Shown: positions 49,806 through 61,127 of the stretch, piece by piece
Layout of the letters: every line of letters begins with the position of its first letter
Position numbering within the stretch: position 1 is the stretch's first letter
NCBI GenBank assembly: GCA_030704615.1
Contig: CM060732.1
Coordinates: forward strand, 44,516,001-44,580,000
Reading direction: 5' to 3'
Origin: Takakia lepidozioides
Taxonomy: Eukaryota; Plantae; Bryophyta
Length of the DNA stretch: 64,000 nucleotides
The notes under the pieces: model-generated
The model's input: the letters and a program-made list of their open reading frames with translations, nothing else
Told to the model about the DNA's origin: nothing
The model's database searches: none
Made by a program: the position numbers and the translations under genes

Positions 49806-52720
49806 CTATCCAATGCAATGTGGACATAACCAATCCCCATCCGGAACCATCTCAAGAGGTGGAGTCAAGCATCCCATATGCCAACCTCTAGAGCATCGAT
49901 CACACACCAGCATGGTGGCTGCCCCTTTAGCAGACCCACACAACATGCACCTCAAACCTGCAGATACCACTGCCAGGTTTGGGTCAATCTTGCCATCGAC
50001 ATTCGGAAGGTGACATGGCGCACAATTACGCACATGGTCCTTCCAAGTTATGCCATCCCGACCCTCCAAGACCAAGACGCCTGAGGGCAAGACCTCTCGA
50101 ACCCTCAAAATAACACGTCCTGCAGTCACATCCAGGGTCGTAGGAGCAGTCTGCTGCAGATAGACATAGTCACCAGGGTTGAATCTCCGAACCCCAGGAC
50201 GATAGCCCCCACCACGTATGGTAGCATACCTCAACGTATCACGGTGTTGTGCAATGGCAAGGTTCTCGAAAGCCATGGGCATGACTCTCTTGAACAACTC
50301 TGCACGCTGCTCACATGCACGTGCCCACACGTCCGGATCGTCAAGGTTAAGAACTGTAGCAGCTTCTCTGCGAATGGATGTAGGCAAATCCGGCTCTCGG
50401 CCAAAGAGAAGAAAGTATGGTGAGAAGGAGGCAAGTGATGCTTGCTTGCTGAACCTGTAGCCCATGGCTAACCAGGTAACTGAAGGTCCCAATCTCCTAG
50501 GTGTCCCTTCTGCAAGCCATACTTGCGCAAACCCCTCTTTACTGTCTGAACAACTCTCTCTGCCAAGCCATCGGCCTCAGGATGATCCCGAGAAGTGGTG
50601 CGGTGGTCTATCAAGGCCTTGTCACACAAGCCTGAAACTCCCCCAAGAACTCTCTCCCTTGGTCCGTGAGTACCTCAGCTGGAGCACCGAATCGGCTAAG
50701 CACACAATCCAAGAATGCATACGCAGCTCCCTCACTAGCCTTATCAGGCAATGGAACCAATTCAATCCACTTGGAGAAGTGCTCCACCATCACCAACACG
50801 TACTTGTTGTGGCGCATGGTCAGTGGCAACGGCCCTGCGAAGTCAAGACTCCACCTGTAGCCCAATCCCATGATCGAAAGAGGGTGCAATTGTGGAGTAG
50901 GGGCGTTGAATGAAGCACGCACCCTGTCACACACCATGCACCTAGCCACAAATTGTTGCACCTCTGTGTGCATACCACGCCACCAATACTGCCCTGCAGT
51001 AGACTATGAGTGCGTCGCACCCCAAAATGCCCCAAACTCCTCATGGGCATGGCCGCACTAACCGTGCCCGCTGTGTTGGGTGAGGCACAATCCTCACTCG
51101 ACCATCCTCCCACACTCGGAGCAGGTGTGTCCCCTCCCACTTGAACCTCTTGGCTCGTTGTAGGATCCGATCCCTCTCCTTGGCAGTCACAGTGGCTGTC
51201 GTGTCTCAGTGCGGAGGTAGTCCAACACAACTGAATCCTCATGTATATCTTTGGCGCCACCTTGCTCATTGCTGGCCTCAGGGTCCTCAGACACTTGATC
51301 TACAGTCATCCCTGTTGCAGGTCCAACCTGGCCTTCCGCTGCCAAGATACACAGAAATGCAGATGCATGCCATCGGGCACCATCTCCTCGTCCGTCTCAC
51401 CATGCCACCGAGCTCCAGTGTCATCCTGTTGGCTCGTGCATGGATTGCGACTCAACCCATCTGCATTGCGATTGACCAAACCCGGTCGATGCACCACCTG
51501 AAAGTCATACTCTTGAAGGATGAGTGCCCACCGTGCAAGCTTCCCCGTAAGCTTGTCTGACTCCATCAACCACTTGAGTGGTTGGTGATCCGTGACAAGG
51601 GTGAAGAGATTGCCGTATAGATAGCACCTGAAGTGTGCCACGGCCCACACTGCAGCTAAGCATTCTCCCTCATATGAGCTATACTTAGACTCTGCAGCAT
51701 TGTTCGAGCGGCTAGCATAAGCCACTACGAACTCTCTTCCCTCATCATCCACCTGTGTGAGCACCGCTCCAAGCCCCAGCATGCTCCAATCTGTATGCAG
51801 CTGAAAAGACGCCCCCTGATAGGTCGTCTCAAGATGGGCGCCGAGGTCAACCTCGCCTTGAGCTCTTGAAAAGCTTGTTCTTGCTCATCTTCCCACTGCC
51901 ACTCCTGGTCCACCTTGGTCAGCTTGGTTAGAGCCTTTGCAATGGCACTAAATCCCTTAACAAACCGTCTGTAATAGTTTGCTAACCCCATGAAAGCTCG
52001 AACTCGGCTCACATCCGTGGGGCGTGAACCTGTGCAATGGACTCTACCTTAGTCTGCTGTACCCCCAATCCTCCAGGATATATCATGTGACCCAGATACT
52101 CAATCTGGTGTGGAAAAACTTGCACTTGCCCGGATGTAACTTCAATCCGTGCGTCCTCAAGCGCTCAAATACCCCCTGAAGGTGTCTCTCATGCTCCTCC
52201 ACCGTAGCACTAAAGATGATGATGTCATCTATGTAGCACCGAGCAAACTCCACCCCTGCTAGAATCCTGTCCATGACTCTTTGAAACTCAGCGGGAGCGT
52301 TTTTAAGCCCAAATGGTAAGAACCGCCACTGGTATAGGCAATCCTTCCCGTGCTCATTGATCCCCCAGAATGCCGTCTTTTGCTTATCCGCCTCCTTGAT
52401 CGGCAACTGGTGATATCCGGATCGTAAATCCAACGTGCTAAAGACCTTGGAATGCCCAATGGCATCAAAGATCTCCTCTGGTGTCGGCATGGCATACCTA
52501 TCGGACTTGGTCTGACGATTTACAGGCCGGTAATCACCGCACATACGTCTCTCCGTCCAATTGCCATAGACATCCTTCTTAGCTGGCATCACTGTGGCTG
52601 AAGCATACTCTCCACCAGAGAGCTCCACCAAACCTGCCTCCCCAGAGATCTTGAGTCCTCATCTGAATCAAAGACCTCCCATGTCACTGTATCTATAGGG
52701 TCTCCGAAAGATTGGCGTGT
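49806..52720 (-). pseudogene. pol: RT - RNase H - DDE integrase - PHD finger of element copy 2 (frameshifted)
   Basis: LDLRSGYHQ, YIDDI, RAFMGLANYYRRFV, AYASRS, TDHQPL, LDFAGP/TDQGREF/GLAER, CMLC..CDRCSRGWHMGC..WLCPHC. Confidence 0.93.
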
Positions 52721-53209
52721 CAGTGGCCAACTCAATACGGATCTCTTGACCCTTCAGTGCTCCCAAGTCCTTCAAACTGAAGGCAAAGCAATTCCTGTAA
52801 GCCCTCAGGAACCGCCGTATAGTCTCTCTCCTCCGGTGACAATGGGTCCAATGTCAGGCTCCCAATTGTCCTCCGTAACTGCAACCTTAAGTCCAGTGGG
52901 CTTAGAGGTAGAGGACGCGTCCCGTGGTTGCTATGCTGCAACCTCTTGAGCAGTACTCCTTCCTGCTCAGTCAATGACAAGGCCTCATCCTGCCCCATCA
53001 TCTCATCATTGAGAACCTCCTCAATCCGAGAAGAATCCCCAACCTCATCCATCACAGCTGCCTTGGCTGCCAACTCCCCTGAACCTCGAGCACCTCCCAC
53101 GTGCCATGGATGTCTACACCCGTGGTCCTCACCGGCTCGCCCCCACTCGCTGCCTGTACCGTCTCGGTAGGCAGAGAGACCGTCAAGGGAAGTGCACTCC
53201 GCACTCTAC

Positions 53210-54190
53210 GTTGCTCAGCCATAGCCAAGCTGATAATCCAGGTCAAGCAATTGAGATCCATTGCTTGCCCCAACACCTGACGACGTGATGCCTCAGAAAG
53301 AGAAGGCACCGCCGTGGTCCCAGTGGAAAACCCCATAGCCCGCTCTCGCTCGTCGGCATTAGGCTCCACTAACTGTTGCAACTGAGCATCCCACAGGAGG
53401 CCAGGTCCACCATCCCGAAAAGCATGGGATCCTGGGAAGCTGAGCAGTGTAGGTAATGCTGCTCGTGGTTGACCCACCCTGTTGACCACTGCCAAAGGCG
53501 AACGGTCATCGTGTCTCACACGTTGAGACTGCCTCCCTGTGTCCAAAATGTGTCCACTGAGGTGTGCTGGCCGCTGCACCCCATCAAATGCACGCTTGAG
53601 CAGTGCGGGTGGCATCAAGTTAGTCCACCATAGCCGTGGACGATGAGCCGTGATCCCACTGCAGCTGCATCCAGCAGCACTGCTGACCCAAGCCACGACC
53701 GGACTTGATGCACACTGGCCATCACCCTGGCCCGAGAATCGCCCATCAGTGGCACATTCTCCAAGATGTATGCTGGCGATGCAGCTTGAAGTGGCGCAAA
53801 ATCCGCACCATCTCCCAAAACAGACCCGTCCTCGAGTCTCGCAATCCATTGCCATGCCCGGCTGATGAATGCCCTTGGCAGGGCCAACCTGCCACTACCA
53901 GATCAATGGAGCCAACCTGCTCCAAATCCGGCGCCCCCAGCAACGAAATGTCTGCTGGCAAGGCTGTTGGTATCCACGAACTGCAGACACTGGCAACAAA
54001 GCAGGGTACTGCTGTACCAACTGAGCAACATGGCGCAGTGAGACGCGTCGTGCAGTCTCATCCCTCTCCACATACAGGTAACGCCTTACCCGCACACCTG
54101 CCTGTAGCACAGCAGCCAATCCGGTGCTGATCCCGCCAAACAAGTCCAGAAGGCAAATGCCTTCATCCGGATACTGCCACACAATAGGTG
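53210..54190 (-). pseudogene. DNA (cytosine-5) methyltransferase domain, DNMT3-like, between protease and RT
   Basis: Motifs in order: I LDLFGGI, II YVERD, IV DLVVAGWPCQG, VI ILENV, VIII AHRPRLWWTNL, IX ERERAMGF, X RRQVLGQAMD. Spread over ORFs 53895-54284, 53746-53961, 53615-53887 and 53052-53855. Confidence 0.92.
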
Positions 54191-54374
54191 TGGTATCCAA
54201 TGGTGACAACTGAGGTGGTCCTGGTGCAATACCGCACTCTCCTCCTCTCCTGACGGTACAAAACTCTACCCAGGCTTGTTGCACCCGTCGATCAAACCTG
54301 CTGCAAATCCTTGCTCGTACCCCACAAATGGAGTGTGAGCAACCATGGCAGGCAACTCCGCCATACCATGCATG

Positions 54375-54900
54375 TCATCCTGCTGCTGGAGGTGGCACAT
54401 CCTCTGCATGGGCATTGCCTTCCAGCAACTCTCCAGGCCAACTAACTGCAGCTGTAAAGGCGGCTAGTGTTGGCATCTTGCCCCGCTGGGCAGCCGCTAT
54501 ACCCCCAATGAATGTCACAGGGAGCTGTGCACGGCGACCACTGACTGCCATCCAGGCCTGTAGATGCTGACTCCTCCCAAAAGTCCAGGGTGAAGCCCAT
54601 GGGGTATAACACTGCCCCACCAACGAGGACATCGTAGAGACCGCGTCTGTCACAATGGCCTTGGCTCGCATCACTGAGCCATCGATAGGATGATCCGGCT
54701 GCAGTCTAATGGCCAACTGATGCCGTGTCATGCCCCGAGCCTGCTCTGATCCTCCAGAGATGTCTGTATCTGGAAAGGACAAGGCTCCATATCCGCCTCC
54801 ATGAGGCCCAAACCTGCAATAGCAGCTCTGCCCAACATCAGTGGCTGAGCTCCCGAGTCCAACAAGACCCGCAGTGGCCGGTACTTCTTGCCTGCCGGTC
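54375..54900 (-). pseudogene. Retropepsin-like aspartic protease of element copy 2
   Basis: RVLLDSGAQPLMLG active-site motif followed by PCPFQIQTS. Confidence 0.8.
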
Positions 54901-55172
54901 CACTCAAAGTGAAAATGCCTCCCTGGTTGTCTAACAAGACAACTCCAGGTGTCACCATGGCGCGCTCAAAGGCTGGCCTAGCTGGCAGCTCCGTCAACCT
55001 GGCAGCTGCAGCTTGCCATGGCGCAGCCGTGGCAGTCTTGACCCTCAAATCCGAGGATCCCTCTGCCACTACACCTTCCACTAACTCCGCAGAAGATGAA
55101 GTGACCTCCCCACTCTCACAGAGTGTTGCTGCTAGTCTGAACACTGCAGCTGGTCTCACCCCGGCGTCGCAA

Positions 55173-56882
55173 TCATTGTTGCCCGAGAACAGTGGGGCTT
55201 GACACACAGAGGTGGCTGCCCCCAATACACACCGGCGCACTAGCCTTGGCAGCAGGTGTCAGTGCTGCACGTGTAGCTCTCCCCAATGGCATAGAAACCT
55301 CCGCCTCGGTAACAGTCGGGCGAGAACTAGGTGCCATGGATGGCGTTGACACTGTCTCCGCCAAGGTGAATGACTGAGGCAGCCTTGCCTGACGCTTGCC
55401 TCCCCACGTTGTGGATCCCAACTCCACCTCTGCACCTCGTGGCTCAGGAACTCGTGCTGCTCCTCGAGTCACGGCTGCAGCAGACTCCACCTGCTCTAGT
55501 GGTAGTGCTGCTCCGCACATGAATCCCATGCCTCCCATATCTCCTCCCTCAGGAGCAGGAGGTGGACCATCCCGCCTGGGAGCCGGTACCGCCTGAGCTA
55601 TAGCCATGGCAGCGAGCCTCTGCTCTAGCTGCTGAAGCCGATTGGCCATGCCTTGGTCAACACCCTGACCTCCGCGTCCTTGGCCATGTGGAGCTTGCCC
55701 TTGGCCTGCACCTCGTGCCCGACCACCTCGTCCTCTTTGGGCTGGTCCACCTCGCCCCCGGCCACCATTGTTCCCTTGGAACTGGCCTGGGCGCAACTCA
55801 GGATGCAAGTCATAACACTGGGCATCTCCATGCCCATACTTGCCACAATGCCCACACTGCAACTGTGCAGGCTGTGCTTGTGCCGGCCTTTTGCCACTCT
55901 CTGGGCAATCTCTCTTGACATGGGGTCCTCCACATGTCCAACATATCACCCCTGGTTGCTGTTGGCCTGCAAAAGATGCCACGGGCCTCTGCACCTGAGG
56001 TCCCCTGTAAGCTCCATGGAACTTGGGCTGGGGCAACCTTGCCCCCCTGACCACGCTGTTGGGCAGTCCCTTGTGCCTGTGGGCTGACAGCTGTGCCCCG
56101 TGCAGGCATGTCCTTGCCAAATCCAATTGTAACAACTCGCTCCTCCACCATGTTGAGCTCAATCCGCTCAGCCAGCAGAGAAACACATCTGCTAATGTGG
56201 GTTGGGCTGCTTGTAACAGGGTTGCATCTCGCACCCTTCTCTTGAGCTCCTTGTCCAGAATTCCATACCAAAACTGGATTGCCTGAGCTTCAGTAACCCC
56301 TTGGGTCACACTTATCAAGCGCCTCATACGAGTACGCCTCTCGCAGGCTCTCACTGGGTTTGCGCTGGAAGTCTTGCAAAATTCGCAGCTTCTCTGTCCG
56401 TACACCTTGGTAGTTCCTCCGCAACTCCTGGAAGAACTCCACCACCGGGTTGAATCTAGGCACATGTGTTGTAGTCGTGGCAGGAGGAGTAGTAGCACCT
56501 TTTGAACTGGTACCACCTGCAGAAGTACCAGCACTACTTGCTCCACTACTAGTGCTGGCAGTGGGAGCTATTGGTACTGATGCAGCTACTGGTCGCGTCG
56601 TGCCTCGAGTAATGGAGACGTAGTCAGGTGACCAATACATCCTCCACTCTCAATCTCTGCTTCATGTCCTCGCCTGAACTCGTGGTAATCGTCCATAGGC
56701 GGGCCTTCCAAATGCTGGAACAGTCCCTTCCACGCCATGAATGGGGTGAATAGCTGTGGATTGCGCATCTGCTGCAAATCACACCAGCTGTCGAACTCCT
56801 GGATAAAGTCATCCAACTCGATTGTGCCCACAGCTCCAGAGTACCTACGAGGCCCCTTGGTAGCTCCATACATCTCCTCCAT
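55173..56882 (-). pseudogene. gag: gag of element copy 2
   Basis: YSG..ELDDFIQEFDSWC..LEGPP; FQRKPSESLREAY; CCHC knuckles CWTCGGPHVKRDC and CGHCGKYGHGDAQC. Confidence 0.85.
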
Positions 56883-57610
56883 GTCGTCCCACAACAATGG
56901 CGAATGAAAATGCACACCTGTTGATGAAGCCTCCGAGTCTGTGTCTGACTCTGCAGTTGAGGGTGGGTGAAGGTGGTCTGAAACGAATACCTCGTCTGTG
57001 AACCCACTCTCACTGCTACTGCCTGTAGCCGTACTCCCCTCAAAACCCTTGGGTAACTCCGTAATGACACTCAATGTGCACCTCCCCCACGTGACACTAT
57101 AAGGCTCTAGTACTAATCTAATAGTGACACGGGTGGGCACCTGTTGCAGTTTAAGGGTCATATCCCAATGGCTCAGGGCACCTGCACCTGCATCCACCGC
57201 AAGAACTCCTATGGTTGGCTGGTCATCAACCCAGCCTCACCATAGAAGAAACACTGGTGGTCTTGCTGGTCATCACTCCAGCCTCACCACCGACAGCATA
57301 CTCTAGGATTGACCGGTGATCAAATCCGGCCTAATCCCTATGAAAGCAAGCGCCCCACACAAACCAACATGGCGCACAGTCAAGCATGCAGGTGTTGGGG
57401 GGGATCCAAACACAAGAAATCAAAACATCAACACCCCCCACACCAAAATCCAGCTGCAATGCTGATCCTGCAGAATAGCCCAGCCCAAAACCCCGGACTG
57501 ACTGGCCTCCACCAAGAGAGGCTTTGGCAACTACAAGTACAAGGTAATGAAAATAGTACAGAGATGGAGGGGAAGAATAGAAGCCCGACCAAGCAAGATC
57601 TAATCCTGAT

Positions 57611-58290
57611 CTATGCTATCAACTGCCAGACTTCTCTCAAAGTGCCTCGCTCTGCATGATGGTAAGGTGTAGGAGGTATATCTATGTCCAGAAACCTGCC
57701 ACTAACCTTGTCCCAAGCTACAGTAGCTCGCTCTAACCAACCCTCCTCCTCTTTCTGCCAGGTAGAGACAAAGCAACACTCTGCTATCTCCCGCTCACTG
57801 AACACTAAAGAAAACAAAGGTAGGGTCTGATAGTCTCTCAACTCGAAAGCTTTGAGACGGTTGCGGGTGTCCTCATTGCGAATGACTGCATCTCCTTCAA
57901 ACAGAACAAACTTGTCCTCGCTAATGAACCCCGCTCGTGGTTGCCTTGTGCAGAGCGTGTCCGGCTGCAACGATGTCTGATTGCACAAACTTGTGTAGCT
58001 CCTGCTCCTCTGCTCCAGTACACCACAGCCTTGTGGCTGAACACCTTGGTCCCGGGGCTGTCTTTGGCTGTGTTCCAAGCCTAGCTTTCACCCACTTTGG
58101 TATTTCCTACAGCTGCAGAACTGCTGGCTCCAACAGAGTTCTGACTGTCCAAGGCGATATTGAGGCCCTCAATGCCAACTACAGCAGTCTGTTGTCTACT
58201 GCTAATGCCTGACTCCCAGTATGCAATCAACTCGTCCAACTGTTCTCCACTCAAATCAGTCTGAGTTCCTTGGGAAACATAAATCTTGTC
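57611..58290 (-). pseudogene. Unassigned extra ORF remnant upstream of gag in element copy 2
   Basis: Open stretch 57611-58078 in the element's sense orientation; no domain recognised. Confidence 0.4.
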
Positions 58291-60229
58291 CCCTTGGGTG
58301 CACAGGCTAAGAGAGAGACCTGCCCTTCAATTACGTCCTCATTCCCCCAGCCATACAAGGAGTACATCCCCAGATTTATCTCTCATGTAGACCAGAACAG
58401 GTTCTAGAAACAGGATTGTGGATCTTTCATGGCACACTCACACTCTAAAAATTCCATAGATTTTTAGCAGAGTCCCAAAAACAAAAACCAGGTCTAGATA
58501 GGTAGATATCCCCTTTCTGCAGCTATCCCCTCAAAAACTGAGTCAAACAGAGCCCATTTGACAAAGATATGACCAATCAAAGTTAATCTAATCCCAAAAA
58601 CATACTATTTGTCCATTTAATTAACAATAGGCCTATTTGATTTGATTTAATTATTTTCTCTTAACTAACAGTTTTTTGTGGGGTCAACAACTATCAAAAA
58701 TCAAAGCCACACTAATGATGGAGGCATTAAGGTAGGTCGGGCCACTGCTCACAAATCGTATAATACTGAAGGCCAACGATTGACTTCAAGAATTCTATCC
58801 CAGTTCACAACCCTGATCAGAGCCAATGTTTTCAAATAACCTCTTTTCCTCGAGGTCAGCATAGCCACAGAGTTCAATTGCGGAGCTGTTGGGGACAGGA
58901 TCCATGGAATATTATATCAGTGATATTATCCACATCCTTGTGCCCTCCGTTCCCTGCAGGTTCCCGAGTTCTCTGTACCTTCCAGATCAGCTACGTCGTG
59001 AATATCAATGTGCCGTCACTGGCATGGGTGCAGTTGAAACATGAATTGCAAGCTTGGGAAAAAGTATGGAAATAAGTCAGAGCGACTTGCCTTCGCTATT
59101 CGGTTTCCACCTCACGGCGTTGTCCACGCCAGCCACTACCAATTCCAGATAATCACAACGTGAAGGGCAACTCTGCAAGGCTTTCGTGAGAAAGTGGCAT
59201 ATCCCATGCAGGCAGTATAGCATCCGACAGTGCCCCAACACCTGCCAAGGGTCACTGGGGTGGCAACCACGATAATTTTCCACCAATCCTTGTCTCCAGT
59301 TTCTCTCTCGGCTAAACCGACTTGACCTCAATGTCTCAGTCCACGATCTTGCATGTGTAGAGGAACCGAGTAGGGAAGCATTGACGAGTGTGAGTGCCAA
59401 CCGCTTGTGCATGAGCCCTGCTGAGGATATCACTTGTGCCGCTCCAGCAAGGGAGGGGCCCTACTACAAGTCGGGCACTTTTATTTTTGAAGATGTGAAC
59501 CATCAGTAGAGATTCCGATCAGTAGAAATTCCTAGCATGAGAATCTGCTGGGTAGAACGGTCTATATTCTTGGGGCTGCTCCAAGACCTGACGGTGCAAC
59601 TATGACTATTGTTCAGATCGTCACACGAAGAAGTTGGTCTTGGTCTTACCTCCCTGCAGGGCATGTGCAGCCGAATCATAGACCCTTGCCGCAGCCTACT
59701 CTGCTATGTCAAAAGTGTCTAGCCACGACTGGACAGCCTAGGTGGCTATTGGTTGCACTTTTGCATTACTGCCAGGCCCTCTACCAGAGCAATTAATCAA
59801 CTTCATGGCCAGCAGGCACAAACCTTGAACTAAATCCCAAAGATCATAGATCAGAAGCCATTATCGAGACGTCCCTAGATCCAAAGAACTAGCACCGTCA
59901 CAGAGCATGGAGCGATCCATGCGATCAAGGCCAGCCGAGCCGAGATCGAGGTCTTTGCTTAAACCAAACTTCTGTCTTCCAACGAGAATTCAATTCTCTG
60001 CGGTACTGAGGTTGGTTGGCCTACTAATTTCATATGCCATCGCATAGAAAGAATCAACAAAGCAGTTCCGGCCACCTCAGCCCACATATGTGCTGGCTAC
60101 CCAGATTCGACCAGTCTTTCTTGAAACTCCGAAATCCTAATAAATGCTTAACCCCAGCACCAATGGAAGAAACCGAGCTGCTATCTTGGAGCACGGACTG
60201 CCCTCGTCGTTTGATCAATCATAAAATCA

Positions 60230-60490
60230 GACCTTTTGGAAACAGTCCACCGTCAGCAGCCAAACTTGGATCGAGCTGAGTATGAAACCCCCATTCGCTA
60301 GCCTTATCATCACCAAGTTGTTACAGGCCCTGTCCATACTGATTAGCCCCATAATATCCTGCAACAGATTCAAGACAAACACGGCGAAATGTCCAATGGC
60401 CAACAACAGTGCCACCTCTCGTCTTTTTAGACCGTAACTCTCATACAACGCTTCCCCGTAACTGTAGCAGTTCTGCACACCGTCACCGCC
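60230..60490 (-). pseudogene. Captured fragment of an MFS_5/DUF791 (molybdate-anion transporter-like) host gene
   Basis: YGEALYESYGLKRREVALLLAIGHFAVFVL resembles the Y.LY.SYG.....IA.L...G N-terminal segment of this family. Confidence 0.55.
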
Positions 60491-60756
60491 TGCTCTACTA
60501 TTCTCGGTGACCTCACTAGCCCCAAATACATGCTTCCACTTATGCTCCGCTCAGTGATTTCAGATGGCGCCGCTAGTACTTGGACCGGCCCCCATGGTGA
60601 GGATTGAATCGGCTCAGCCTTCAGTGTTGGGCGATGCACCAGTTAACCTTAGTTGCGGGAAGTAATACCTTCTTTCACATAGGCTTCTCTCACTTTTAAA
60701 ATAAAACCCACAAGTGCTAAAACTAAACTCACCTCTGGCACTCACAGATGCAAGCG

Positions 60757-60771
60757 TCATCTCTCTCGAGT
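60757..60771 (-). promoter_or_regulatory. Putative self-priming primer-binding site of element copy 2
   Basis: 15/15 reverse complement of 60961-60975 inside B1; sits immediately internal to B1. Confidence 0.7.
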
Positions 60772-61127
60772 GATAGAACAAGCTAAGAGACACATTGTTC
60801 ACACCAGAAACAACATGAAATCCATCGCTATCACTCGTTAAAAACAGAAGTCGAGCCAGGGGCACCCAAGCTGTGGGGACTCCACCCCACAACAACCTAC
60901 ACTCCCATCATAAGCACACTCAAATCTAAACGCATGAAGGAGCTCGGTCGCGCAGGCTCAACTCGAGAGAGATGAGCTACGCGACTGCCGCTCTCGTGAA
61001 GATAAGGCCGTTCAGGTGTCAAACTAAACTTGACACCTGATTTAACACTTGACCTAAATCCAAGTGTTAAATACAAATAACTAGCTTTATTCTAGTTCTT
61101 TTCACACTGTGCTTATTTAACTTGACA

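Larger units (their letters stand above)
49029..61127 (-). mobile_element. Near-complete Ty3/Gypsy retrotransposon encoding a DNMT3-like methyltransferase and a PHD finger, with permuted terminal repeats (copy 2)
   Basis: TG..CA ends. Perfect 4-bp TSD AAGA (49025-49028 and 61128-61131). B1 60771-61127; A1 49461-49547; gc spacer; B2 49115-49458; A2 49029-49115; PPT at 49548-49556. Confidence 0.93.

Noticed and set aside
49029-61127. DIRS/PAT/Ngaro tyrosine-recombinase element
   Set aside because: The repeat topology fits, but the element has a protease, a DDE integrase, TG..CA ends and a TSD, and I found no recombinase motifs.
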